From: Alkalispirochaeta sp.
Lineage (GTDB): Bacteria; Spirochaetota; Spirochaetia; DSM-27196; Alkalispirochaetaceae
Reading direction: 5' to 3'
Length of the DNA stretch: 64,000 bases
Assembly (NCBI GenBank): GCA_965601925.1
Contig: OZ271854.1
Span: 3,296,001-3,360,000, forward strand
Translations under genes and position numbers: made by a program
In this document: positions 1 through 13,309 of the stretch, piece by piece
Layout of the letters: every line of letters starts with the position of its first letter
How positions within the stretch are numbered: position 1 is the first letter of the stretch
Notes under the pieces: generated by a model
What the model saw: the letters and a program-made list of their open reading frames with translations, nothing else
Told to the model about the DNA's origin: nothing
Databases searched by the model: none

Positions 1-917
1 GGCTTGGCAAAACCCTGCAGAAACGGACCGAACGCCTCGGCGCCGGCGAGACGTTGTACCAGCTTGTACCCGATGTTTCCCGCGTTCAAATCGGGAAAGA
101 TAAGCGTATTCGCTGCGCCCGCTACCGTCGAACCCGGTGCTTTCTTTGCTCCGACACTTTCCACGATCGCGGCATCGAGTTGAAGCTCGCCGTCAACCTT
201 GAGATCCGGCGCGCGATCCTTGACGATATCGAGGGCGGCCAGAACTTTGTCGACCGACTCGTGCTTCGCGGAGCCCTTGGTGGAGAAGGAGAGCATTGCC
301 ACCCTTGGTTCCGCCTCCAAAAACGTGCGGCAGCTTTGCGCGGCGGCGACGGTGATTTCCGCCAATTGTTCTACCGTAGGATCGGGGATCGTCGCGCAGT
401 CGGAGAAGATCATGTGACCGTCGGCTCCCCACGATGCGTCTTTCATTTTCATTACGAAGCAGCTCGAGGCAAAGGTCGTGCCCGGCGCGGTCTTGATGAT
501 TTGGAACGCCGCCAACAACACGTTACCGGTCGCATTCTCCGCGCCCGCCACCATCGCATCCGCGTCGCCGAGACGCACCATCATGGCGCCCCAACGCAAC
601 GGCTCCACGATGTGATCGTAGGCCTCGTCCTCAGTCAGGCCCTTCTTTTTACGGAGATCGTGATACTCGGCGGCGTACGCCTTGCGCCGGTCCGACGATT
701 GCGGCGTGGTGACGACGATACCGTCGAGAGATATCCCCGCCTTTGCCGCCGTCGCCTGTACCTCTTCGGCGACTCCCACGAGGGTCACCTCGGAGGCGAG
801 CCTTTCATCTACGAGGCGGCGCGCCGCCTCGATTGTGCGCGGCTCCGTCCCTTCGGGCAGAACCAGCCGACGCTGTAACTCTTGGGCGCGGTTTTTCATC
901 GTCTCTACAAAGTTCAT
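1..917 (-). CDS. pta: Phosphate acetyltransferase (3' end truncated by window edge)
   Basis: Not in the ORF track. My manual minus-strand translation from ATG at 917 gives [33 protein letters not shown], and the window edge reads ...[10 protein letters not shown]. Both are typical PTA motifs. AAGGAG SD upstream. Confidence 0.93.
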   Translation of the reverse strand, partial: MNFVETMKNRAQELQRRLVLPEGTEPRTIEAARRLVDERLASEVTLVGVAEEVQATAAKAGISLDGIVVTTPQSSDRRKAYAAEYHDLRKKKGLTEDEAYDHIVEPLRWGAMMVRLGDADAMVAGAENATGNVLLAAFQIIKTAPGTTFASSCFVMKMKDASWGADGHMIFSDCATIPDPTVEQLAEITVAAAQSCRTFLEAEPRVAMLSFSTKGSAKHESVDKVLAALDIVKDRAPDLKVDGELQLDAAIVESVGAKKAPGSTVAGAANTLIFPDLNAGNIGYKLVQRLAGAEAFGPFLQGFAK

Positions 918-995
918 GTATGGTACTCCTTCGTTTCGCGGACCTGTCTAATGTGCTATATCGCGAGAATAACACAAATCGGCGGCCGATGTAAC

Positions 996-1024
996 TTGAG
1001 GAGCGTGGGAGCATCGGGCATACT
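996..1024 (+). promoter_or_regulatory. Putative sigma70 promoter of tyrA operon
   Basis: TTGAGG-N17-CATACT upstream of ATG 1038. Confidence 0.45.
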
Positions 1025-1037
1025 CGCGGTAGACACG

Positions 1038-1832
1038 ATGGAAGAAAGAGATGAAGTGACTACGTTTCCAGACCGCGCGGCGGTGATTGGACTCGGACGT
1101 TTCGGGCGCTTTTGGGCGGAGCTTCTTACGCGCGAGTTTACCGTCGTCGGCACGAGTCGGCGAGCGATCTCCTCCCTTCCCGAGGCGGTTCGTCAGGTTC
1201 CGATTGAAGAGGCGGCGCGGTCGCCTCTGGTGTTTCTCTCGGTGTCCATATCGTCCATGCCCGAGGTATTAGATCGCATCGCTCCGCGCTTGTCGGCCGA
1301 CTCGACGGTGATCGATACGTGTTCCGTGAAGGTTTTTCCGGTACGGGAGATGGAACGCCGTCTCCCCGAAACGGTCGATATCGTGGCGTGTCACCCGATG
1401 TTCGGCCCCGACTCCGCCTCGGCGCGGTCCGATGCGCTTCCCGTCATCACATGGCCCGTTCGTGACCGTCTCGAGCGGTACGATGAGCTTCTCCGGCGGT
1501 TTCGAAGTCTCAACATGCGCGTCGTCGAGATGTCGCCGGAGGATCACGATCGTGAGGCCGCGTTCACCCAAGGGGTAACGCATCTTGTCGGGAGACTCCT
1601 CGATGAGATGAATCTCGGCGCCAGTGATATCGCGACCCTCGGGTATACGCGGTTGCTGCAGGTGATGGAGCAAACGTGTAACGACCCACTACAACTCTTC
1701 CAAGACCTCCAGCGATTCAATCCGTTTACACGGCAGATGCGGCGCCGCTTCACCGAGGCGTTGGAGCGCACCGAAGCGCTCCTCGTCGACGGTCGGACGC
1801 CGAATCTTGACCAGAACGAGGCGACGCGTTAG
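1038..1832 (+). CDS. tyrA: Prephenate/arogenate dehydrogenase
   Basis: Rossmann GLGRFG, DTCSVK, HPMFGP and EDHD...QGVTH motifs. Start trimmed to ATG 1038 (GTG 1056 also possible). Confidence 0.88.
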   Translation: MEERDEVTTFPDRAAVIGLGRFGRFWAELLTREFTVVGTSRRAISSLPEAVRQVPIEEAARSPLVFLSVSISSMPEVLDRIAPRLSADSTVIDTCSVKVFPVREMERRLPETVDIVACHPMFGPDSASARSDALPVITWPVRDRLERYDELLRRFRSLNMRVVEMSPEDHDREAAFTQGVTHLVGRLLDEMNLGASDIATLGYTRLLQVMEQTCNDPLQLFQDLQRFNPFTRQMRRRFTEALERTEALLVDGRTPNLDQNEATR

Positions 1833-1844
1833 CCTGATTCGGTA

Positions 1845-2213
1845 ATGGCAGAGCTTCGTGTTAGGACGATCGACGAATCCCAGCTGGAGACGGTACTCGC
1901 CCACGATATCGAGTTCGAGGGAACGATCGAGTTTTCCGAACCGCTACTCGTGAAGGGAAATGTTCGCGGTGAAATCAAATCGGAATCGGATCTCTTCGTG
2001 GCCGAGTCGGCGCGGATCGACGCCGATATCCGTGCCGCTCGCGTTTCGGTGAAAGGTGTCGTCGTAGGAGATATCGATGCAACCGAGCGTATCGAACTCT
2101 TTTCCGGTGCCGGTATCGAAGGCAATATTCGTACTCCGGATCTCGTTGTGCAAAGCGGCAGCTCCCTGACGGGACGGTGCGAGATGCCGCGAAGGGACGG
2201 CGATGAAACGTAG
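1845..2213 (+). CDS. Bactofilin (polymer-forming cytoskeletal protein)
   Basis: Beta-helical repeats (TVLAHDIEFEGTIEF, VKGNVRGEI, VKGVVVGDI, LTGRCEM). Confidence 0.9.
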   Translation: MAELRVRTIDESQLETVLAHDIEFEGTIEFSEPLLVKGNVRGEIKSESDLFVAESARIDADIRAARVSVKGVVVGDIDATERIELFSGAGIEGNIRTPDLVVQSGSSLTGRCEMPRRDGDET

Positions 2214-2847
2214 GTGTTACGGCGATTCGCGCGGTAGACGTGTGGCGGCCGGCGTTTTGGGCCTACTCGTCCTGTCGCTTGCCCAAGCGGCGGCTCAGGA
2301 GCGCCCCGACGCCTTGGTGCTGTATCGTCAAAGGGACTACGAGGCGGCGGTGGAAGTCACACTTGCCGAAATTGCCGAGAACCCGGCCAACCTCGACTCT
2401 TATACGGTTCTCGGGTGGAGTCTGTTGGCCCTGGGGCGAAACGACGACGCGTTACGGTACGGTATGCAGGGCTTGGACGTCAGCCGGTTCGACCACCGCC
2501 TGGTAAACGTCGTCGGGGAGGCGCACTTCCGCCTCGGTAATTACGTAGAGTCCCTAGAGTATATGCAGAACTACGCCGCCCTGGCGCCGCAGGGCAATCT
2601 CATCGACGAGGTCTACTACGTCATGGGTGAGATCCACCTTCGGATTGAGGAGTACAACCACGCCGATATCGCGCTGACCACAGCGGTGTTTCTCGACGGA
2701 ACGAGGGCGCAATGGTGGACGCGTCTCGGATACGCGCGCGAGATGGCGGGCCTCTTACAGACTGCGGAGGAGGCGTATCGCGCGGCGTTGGAGCGCAACC
2801 CCGCCTCAATTGAGGCTCAACGCGGGCTGGAGCGCGTAACCGGATAG
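2203..2847 (+). CDS. Exported TPR-repeat protein
   Basis: Signal peptide ending AQAAA followed by several TPR-like helical repeats. Confidence 0.8.
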   Translation: MKRRCYGDSRGRRVAAGVLGLLVLSLAQAAAQERPDALVLYRQRDYEAAVEVTLAEIAENPANLDSYTVLGWSLLALGRNDDALRYGMQGLDVSRFDHRLVNVVGEAHFRLGNYVESLEYMQNYAALAPQGNLIDEVYYVMGEIHLRIEEYNHADIALTTAVFLDGTRAQWWTRLGYAREMAGLLQTAEEAYRAALERNPASIEAQRGLERVTG

Positions 2848-2891
2848 CCGCCTCGAGCGTCCATTTTCTCGCACATCCGATTTGCGGAACC

Positions 2892-2921
2892 TTGACATTC
2901 TTCTCGGGGGCTCGCTATAGT
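2892..2921 (+). promoter_or_regulatory. Sigma70 promoter for tRNA-Lys
   Basis: TTGACA-N18-TATAGT with GC-rich discriminator. Confidence 0.75.
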
Positions 2922-2938
2922 GCGCGGGCATCAAAGGG

Positions 2939-3011
2939 GGGCCGCTAGCTCAGCTGGTAGAGCAACGCCCTTTTAAGGCGTGGGTCACTGGTTCGAACCC
3001 AGTGCGGCTCA
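2939..3011 (+). tRNA. tRNA-Lys(TTT), CCA not encoded
   Basis: Cloverleaf: GGGCCGC/GCGGCTC acceptor, ACGCC-CTTTTAA-GGCGT anticodon arm, TTCGAAC T-loop. Confidence 0.96.
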
Positions 3012-3023
3012 GGGTCGGTGTAG

Positions 3024-3052
3024 TTGACTGGCTTCGCGCTTGTCGCTACAGT
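3024..3052 (+). promoter_or_regulatory. Putative sigma70 promoter for tRNA-Glu
   Basis: TTGACT-N17-TACAGT between the two tRNAs. Confidence 0.6.
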
Positions 3053-3066
3053 CCCGACAGATGCGC

Positions 3067-3138
3067 GTCTCCTTCGTCTAGTGGTTAGGACACCGGGTTT
3101 TCATCCCGGCAACGCGGGTTCGATCCCCGCAGGAGATG
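3067..3138 (+). tRNA. tRNA-Glu(TTC), CCA not encoded
   Basis: GTCTCCT/AGGAGAT acceptor, CCGGG-TTTTCAT-CCCGG anticodon arm, TTCGATC T-loop. Confidence 0.96.
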
Positions 3139-3309
3139 GTCTCTTCCCGTACCGAAACACCGCAGTGTAATCGCGGCTTAATGGATCCGAACGTCCGGTT
3201 CGTGACCCGTCTTACTATTCGACTCTTTTCCTCAAACGGTGGGCGTTAGACGGCTGCCGAAAAGAATGGTGAGCGGCTACGCACTGCATCTCCGCGCCCG
3301 GCTTTCTTG

Positions 3310-3338
3310 TTGTAAACCTAACATTCTCACGATATATT
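3310..3338 (+). promoter_or_regulatory. Putative sigma70 promoter
   Basis: TTGTAA-N17-TATATT upstream of CDS 3369. Confidence 0.5.
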
Positions 3339-3368
3339 GCGGGAAAATCGTTTGCACAGGAGCGAGGA

Positions 3369-4163
3369 ATGAGTTTAAAAAAATGGAGTATCTCGACTGT
3401 GGTCGTGTTGATCCTGTTGATCGCCCCTTCCGTGAGCGCACAGTCACTCAAGGGTATGAGTCTCAACGGGGCGACCGGCCTCATCGGTATACCCTCGGGG
3501 CGTGTGGGATGGGAGCGTACCGCCGACCTCGGATTCGATCTCGGATATCATTGGATACAAGATGACGACGAAAGCGCCCACATTCCCAAGGCGAGTATCA
3601 GTCTGTTTCAGCTGGCGGAGTTCTCATTCGCCTACGATACGAATCGCGGTGACGACGAAGAAGATTGGATCTTCGGCGGAAAGTTTCAGCTGCCTACCAG
3701 CGGTACGGCCGTCGCATTGGGAGCTAACCTTCAGTCCATACAGAACGGCGGTGATACGGAGACTGCACAACAGATCTATCTCGCCGCCACCTATCCCGGC
3801 ACCTTCTTCCGTATGCCCGCCGAGACGACCTTCGTAGTCGGTAAGACCTTCGGCGACGCCCCTCAGGTACCGGAAGACGAGTCGATCGATTTCGGCATGG
3901 GATTTGATCTCGTCCTGTTTCCCGAAATCTTTCAAGGCTACATCCACTGGATCAACGACTTCTCCAACTTTAGCTACAGCGTCGATGCGGTCGGCGCCGA
4001 GGCCGGTATACGCGGAGCATTCAATACCGGTATTCGGATCGACCTTGCCGCCAACCCCAACCTGAGCCGATTCAAGTTCGTTATCGATGCGATGGTCACC
4101 GATGCGCTCGACGATAACCGCACCCTCGGCCTGGGGGTCGCCTTCGGGGCGCCGATTCGCTAA
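3369..4163 (+). CDS. Exported protein, probable outer-membrane beta-barrel (YjbH-like N-terminus)
   Basis: SPI signal (..PSVSA|QS), GATGLIGIPS motif, alternating amphipathic beta-strand pattern; own promoter and terminator. Confidence 0.6.
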   Translation: MSLKKWSISTVVVLILLIAPSVSAQSLKGMSLNGATGLIGIPSGRVGWERTADLGFDLGYHWIQDDDESAHIPKASISLFQLAEFSFAYDTNRGDDEEDWIFGGKFQLPTSGTAVALGANLQSIQNGGDTETAQQIYLAATYPGTFFRMPAETTFVVGKTFGDAPQVPEDESIDFGMGFDLVLFPEIFQGYIHWINDFSNFSYSVDAVGAEAGIRGAFNTGIRIDLAANPNLSRFKFVIDAMVTDALDDNRTLGLGVAFGAPIR

Positions 4164-4208
4164 TCGTCCCGGTCTACATCGATCGTAGAGCGACGCGAAA
4201 TTGGCAGG

Positions 4209-4235
4209 AAAGCCGCCTTCGGGCGGCTTTTTTTT
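4209..4235 (+). terminator. Rho-independent terminator
   Basis: AAAGCCGCC-TTCG-GGCGGCTTT followed by a T run. Confidence 0.92.
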
Positions 4236-4262
4236 GTGCGCATCGTCGCATATACTCCTCCC

Positions 4263-5354
4263 ATGGATCAGGTGATACTACGAGCCCGGGACCTCGACGA
4301 GTTTCTTACCGAGCAGGATAAGGATGTCGTCGGCGAGATGGATCGACTCTACCGACGCGCCTTGGATACGATGAAGGTGCTCAACAGTTCTCCCAACGAA
4401 GAACGCCAACGAAAGGCGCGACAAGAACTCATCGAGCTATATCAGATCATGGGCGATCGAATGCAGGAAATCACCGCGGCGGAACCGCGCATTAAGGTGT
4501 ACTCCTTTCAGACTCCCCGAGCAGCGCACGGCGAAGCGTCACGACTGATCGCCAAACTCCGGGACACGCGTACGCAGGAGAGTGAGTTCGTCTACTACAT
4601 CCAACGAGCGTACGAACTCCTGTTCAACTTGGCGTACGCCGAGCCCGACAACCACCATAAGAACCACCTGATAGTCCGCACTCCGGTGACCGAGCCGGTA
4701 CAAAACTTCGCGGTGCACAAGATTCCCGATGTAGACGACGCACTCGAGAACACCGTGATGTGTGTGATGCTTCGCGGAGCGCTCCTGCCGTCGATGATTA
4801 TGTCCAAGGAAATTCAGGAGTACACCTCTACCGCCTATGTGCCTCCTTTTGCACTGTTCCGAATCAGCCGCGACGACAGCAAGATGGAATCCAACATGGA
4901 GTATATTCTCGATCTCGAACGCTCGTTCTTCGACCTGCAGTCCCTTGACGGTAAGGATCTGATCTTCGCCGATCCGATGAACGCCACAGGCGGTAGCCTC
5001 GTAACCATCGTGCAGTACCTGTACAAGTGCGGTATCAAGCCCCGATCCATACGCTTTTTCAACGCGATTTCGGCACTCAAGGGGGCGTTGCGCATTGCGC
5101 GCGCGATCGAAGATGCCAACGTCTATACACTGTGGATGGACCCCGTGCTCAATGAGGCGGCCTATATTCTGCCCGGCTTAGGTGACGCCGGCGATCGTCT
5201 CAATGGACGCGATGTAGAAGATGCGCCGCGCAACATCATCCAGTTGATCGCCGATTACGGTTCGACCATATCGAATCTCTATCGAGCGCAGGTCAGAGAG
5301 ATCGAACGTACCGTGCTCGGTACGACGAAGCCCAAAAGGAGTAGGCCGTCATAG
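4263..5354 (+). CDS. upp: Uracil phosphoribosyltransferase, long spirochete type
   Basis: VMLRGA, PRPP motif LIFADPMNATGGS, and YILPGLGDAGDR; extended N-terminus. Confidence 0.85.
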   Translation: MDQVILRARDLDEFLTEQDKDVVGEMDRLYRRALDTMKVLNSSPNEERQRKARQELIELYQIMGDRMQEITAAEPRIKVYSFQTPRAAHGEASRLIAKLRDTRTQESEFVYYIQRAYELLFNLAYAEPDNHHKNHLIVRTPVTEPVQNFAVHKIPDVDDALENTVMCVMLRGALLPSMIMSKEIQEYTSTAYVPPFALFRISRDDSKMESNMEYILDLERSFFDLQSLDGKDLIFADPMNATGGSLVTIVQYLYKCGIKPRSIRFFNAISALKGALRIARAIEDANVYTLWMDPVLNEAAYILPGLGDAGDRLNGRDVEDAPRNIIQLIADYGSTISNLYRAQVREIERTVLGTTKPKRSRPS

Positions 5355-6301
5355 CGAAGCGCGTCCCCTCGCTTGCACTCCTGCCGACCGTTCTCCTGGC
5401 TGTCTCGTGCGTCGGCAACGTCAATTCGCGGTTGCTCGCCGAGGAGTATTTCAATCTCGGAAACATCTACTTCGAGTTGGGTGAGTACGAGAGTTCCTTC
5501 GAGTATTATCAACGCGCCATCGCGCTTACCGACGAGGTTCCGGGTGCGGGGTACAATCTCGCACGCCTCCACGAGCGCCGCGAAGAGTTCGACGAGGCTC
5601 TTACGGTACTGGACGAGCTCATCGCCGACGATCCGGAAAACGGGCTGTATCGTGAAACGCGAGCCTACGTACTCTTTCGCGCGGGACGTTCGGAGGATGC
5701 GCGGGCATTGTATGCCGATCTGATAGGAGACCATCCTGCGCGCGTTCGTATTCGATACAACCTCGCAGTCTTCGAGTTGTTGGACGAGCGTCCGGAAGAG
5801 GCGCTTGCCGTACTCGACGGCGGTATCGACTTTGCCCGCGACGATCCGGAGTACCGGTGGCTCACCGCCGAAGCGGCGTACCTATCCGAGGATGAGGAGC
5901 GCGCCGTGCGTGAGCTCGAGCTCTTCCGTGCCCTGTCGGAGGACGACAACGAACGGCTCGGTCGGTTGGCGAGTCGCCAAGCCGAATGGGGATTCAGCCT
6001 CGCCGCTCTCGAGCTTCTCACCGCGATCCCGGAGTTGGCCGAGGACGACGTATCGCTGCGGTTTCTCGAGGCGCAACTGTATCTTCTTGATACACCGGAG
6101 TTTGATTTGGGTGTGGGCTCATTGGAGCTTGCACTCGACAACGGATTCGACGATCGGGTGGCGATCGATGAGCTCGTCGCGCAACTTCCCGATGACGAGC
6201 GCGCGATCGTCGACGCATTGGTAACGGAGCGGTTGGGAGAACCCGACGACACCGAAGTGCCCGATGCAGAAGAATCCGGCGAAGAGGAGAGCGAGGAGTA
6301 A
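5351..6301 (+). CDS. TPR-repeat lipoprotein (probable ATA start)
   Basis: In-frame extension upstream of TTG 5432 encodes a signal peptide with lipobox (..LLAVS-C). TPR repeats (AEEYFNLGNIYFELGEY); acidic tail. Confidence 0.75.
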   Translation: MAKRVPSLALLPTVLLAVSCVGNVNSRLLAEEYFNLGNIYFELGEYESSFEYYQRAIALTDEVPGAGYNLARLHERREEFDEALTVLDELIADDPENGLYRETRAYVLFRAGRSEDARALYADLIGDHPARVRIRYNLAVFELLDERPEEALAVLDGGIDFARDDPEYRWLTAEAAYLSEDEERAVRELELFRALSEDDNERLGRLASRQAEWGFSLAALELLTAIPELAEDDVSLRFLEAQLYLLDTPEFDLGVGSLELALDNGFDDRVAIDELVAQLPDDERAIVDALVTERLGEPDDTEVPDAEESGEEESEE

Positions 6302-6327
6302 CGGCACGTCGGTAGTCCGACGCGCCG
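6302..6327. terminator. GC hairpin between convergent genes (possible bidirectional terminator)
   Basis: CGGCACGTCGG-TAGT-CCGACGCGCCG, one mismatch, no U-tract. Confidence 0.4.
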
Positions 6328-6337
6328 GATGGATCCA

Positions 6338-6970
6338 TTACGAGACGCCGAGGAGCTCCTTCAGTTGCTCGAATACCACTTTTGGCGGCGGTGAGGCGTC
6401 CAAATCCACCAACTGCGAACGATCTCTGTAGTACGCAATAAGCGGCTCGGTCTGATCGCGGTAGACGCGTAAACGATTCTTGATCGCATCCTCTTTATCG
6501 TCTTCCCGTTGAACCAGGGGCTCTCCCGTCTCGTCGTCGAGGCCCTCTCGTTTCGGAGGGCTGAAAAGTACGTGGTACGTTCGTCCGCTCTCGGGGTGGA
6601 CGCGACGTCCCGACAGACGCTTCACCACCTCATCGTCGACCAATTCGAAGTTTACCACACGGGTCAGTGCCGCCATCTCGCCCAACGCATCGGCCTGCGG
6701 TATGGTTCGAGGAAACCCGTCGAGGATGAAGCCGCTCTTCGCGTCTTCGTGCGTCAGGCGATCGCGCACCAACTCGATGGTCAACTCATCGGGTACCAGC
6801 TCACCGCTATCGAGTATCGCTTTTACTTTTTTCCCCAGGTCCGTTTCGTTTTTAATATTGAATCGAAAGATGTCGCCCGTGGAGATGTGCGGAATCGTTA
6901 CGTGCTCGGCGAGACGGCTCGCCATCGTGCCCTTGCCGGCGCCCGGAGGGCCGAGAAATACCAGTTTCAT
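6338..6970 (-). CDS. adk: Adenylate kinase (Cys-free, non-zinc LID)
   Basis: GPPGAGKGT, HISTGDIFR, LDGFPRT; LID RRVHPESGRTYH. Confidence 0.97.
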   Translation of the reverse strand: MKLVFLGPPGAGKGTMASRLAEHVTIPHISTGDIFRFNIKNETDLGKKVKAILDSGELVPDELTIELVRDRLTHEDAKSGFILDGFPRTIPQADALGEMAALTRVVNFELVDDEVVKRLSGRRVHPESGRTYHVLFSPPKREGLDDETGEPLVQREDDKEDAIKNRLRVYRDQTEPLIAYYRDRSQLVDLDASPPPKVVFEQLKELLGVS

Positions 6971-7107
6971 GTATGTACCTCCCTGTGATGTGTGCGCTTA
7001 TCTTAGGTTGACCTCAGGCTCAGGTCAAGAAAATGTCGGCGCCGCCTCGATGACGGAATTGCCGTTTCTTGCTTGCCGCTGCATGACCAAAGCGCTACCG
7101 TGTAAGC

Positions 7108-7449
7108 ATGAGTGTATGGGACGAGCTACAACACAACGTGCGTAATTCCACGAAGCAATGGCTTGATTGGGCGCACCGTCATGCGCAGGAGATCGGTGAC
7201 ACGAGCATGCGTCATATCGAGCGGCAGGATCTACTCGCCGAGCGTCGCCAGTTGCTTCTTCGCCTCGGTGAATCGTTGGCCGATCGGTTTCTCGTCGAGG
7301 GTAAAAAGACGGTGAGATCGGACAGCCCGGAGTTCCGCGAGGCACTCGATCGTGTCTCCGAGATCGATAGACGCCTTGACGAGCTTGCACAGGCGGACGA
7401 GCTACACTCTTCCAAAAAAAAGACGAAAAACTTTCCCCAAAAGAGTTGA
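7108..7449 (+). CDS. Small helical/coiled-coil hypothetical protein
   Basis: 113-aa ORF with amphipathic helices; preceded by TTGCCG-N17-TACCGT. Confidence 0.6.
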   Translation: MSVWDELQHNVRNSTKQWLDWAHRHAQEIGDTSMRHIERQDLLAERRQLLLRLGESLADRFLVEGKKTVRSDSPEFREALDRVSEIDRRLDELAQADELHSSKKKTKNFPQKS

Positions 7450-7586
7450 CTGGGGAGGAGGTGATTTGATAGGGTGCGTCTCACGCCGCAGGGATGCGGT
7501 GGTCGGAGAGAGGCGCGAGGGCACGCGAGAGGCGTGCAAGAAACGCTTGTGAGTAGTTGACACTACTTGGGGGAGTTTGGTAGGAT
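7446..7586 (+). promoter_or_regulatory. Tandem rrn promoters (P1/P2-like)
   Basis: TTGACT(7446)-N18-TAGGGT and TTGACA(7557)-N18-TAGGAT, both with a TGn extended -10. Confidence 0.6.
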
Positions 7587-7667
7587 ACGCGCCTGTCACA
7601 ACAATGGTGCAAGAGATATGAGACGCGTGCGGGAGCATGAGGGATCGTATGCGCTTTTGAAGTGACG

Positions 7668-7679
7668 AGCTCTTTTACA
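7668..7679 (+). promoter_or_regulatory. rrn leader boxA antitermination site
   Basis: AGCTCTTTTACA, similar to boxA TGCTCTTTAACA; the downstream purine tract pairs with the pyrimidine tract 3' of 16S. Confidence 0.65.
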
Positions 7680-7761
7680 TGGCAAGGGAAGGGAAGGACG
7701 CGTACAGGAGAAGCGGGTCTCATAAATGAGACACAGAGCGTCCCTTCGGGGACGTAGTATA

Positions 7762-9304
<1,543 letters not shown>

Positions 9305-9458
9305 ACGAGAAAGGTCACATCGGCTCAACCGGTCGTTCTGCGATCGTGCCGATGCATGTGATATCACGGTTTCGTGATATCAGAGGGGCCGTCGGCCCCG
9401 GGAGTACGACCTCGGTCGTCCTCCCACCCCGCTTCTCCTGCGTCCTTCCTTTTTTATA

Positions 9459-9532
9459 GGGCCTGTAGCTCAGTCGGTTAGAGCACTTCTCTGATAAGGA
9501 AGGGGTCACTAGTTCGAGTCTAGTCAGGCCCA
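9459..9532 (+). tRNA. tRNA-Ile(GAT) in 16S-23S spacer
   Basis: GGGCCTG/CAGGCCC acceptor, CTGATAA anticodon loop. Confidence 0.97.
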
Positions 9533-9590
9533 GTAGTAGCGTTGCGAAATGCAATGCTTTTTTTAACGGATTTTAGTTTTATCCGTTGAG

Positions 9591-9602
9591 TGTTCTTTAA
9601 CA
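9591..9602 (+). promoter_or_regulatory. Spacer boxA
   Basis: TGTTCTTTAACA followed by GGGAAGGGAAG as in the leader. Confidence 0.7.
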
Positions 9603-9732
9603 GCGATAGGGAAGGGAAGAAGGAAAGCGAACGCGGAGTGTGCATGCGGAAGCATGCATATGAGATACGCAGGAGTGCGTATCCGGTACACATGCGAGTG
9701 TGTATGAGATAAGCGTCGTGAGAGACTCATAT

Positions 9733-12665
<2,933 letters not shown>

Positions 12666-12783
12666 ATATGAGGCCTCTCAGGACGCTTATCATACGCCGC
12701 ATTCCTTCCTTCTTCCCGTTCGTATCCCGGCACCGACGCCGCGATGATACGAACTACCTATCAATTATCGTGTCTATTACACG

Positions 12784-12892
<109 letters not shown>

Positions 12893-12893
<1 letters not shown>

Positions 12894-12935
12894 CGTTTTT
12901 TTATGCCCAGACGACAGAATGGGTATAAAAAACGT
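12893..12935 (+). terminator. Inverted repeat/T-tract at 3' end of rrn operon
   Basis: ACGTTTTTTTATGCCCA ... TGGGTATAAAAAACGT. Confidence 0.5.
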
Positions 12936-13255
12936 ATGGGAACCCCGTTCGCGTACCCCAAGCGTTAGGCGTAGTCAAACGCTAAGCCCCAGTGGGGCAG
13001 GCGACAGCCGAGGACCGCGAACCTCCCCCATGCACCCTATATGCCCAATGCGGAGTATCATCACGTACGAGCGCCGGACGGACTTGTGTCCGTGTCCTGA
13101 GGCACGTTTGCCTATCTCGGAGATAATGATCTATACTACCCGAAGTAGCTCCGATCGTCGGTGGTTCTACCGAAATTGAGACGTGCCGATAGCGTATTGA
13201 GCGGCGCAGCGCGGTAACGTCCTAAGGCGGCACACACCATCGTCTAACTTTACCC

Positions 13256-13284
13256 TTGCTCGATGAGACTCTTTGCTCTATCAT
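13256..13284 (+). promoter_or_regulatory. Putative sigma70 promoter of peptide ABC operon
   Basis: TTGCTC-N17-TATCAT; AAAGGAG SD follows. Confidence 0.55.
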
Positions 13285-13309
13285 CAACTCAAAACTAAAG
13301 GAGTGATTT

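Noticed and set aside
54..878. 274-aa plus-strand ORF
   Set aside because: Antisense shadow of pta on the minus strand
13117..13150. GGAGA...CCGAAG resembling a glycine riboswitch
   Set aside because: Lacks the downstream CTCTCAGG element, and it lies upstream of the predicted promoter
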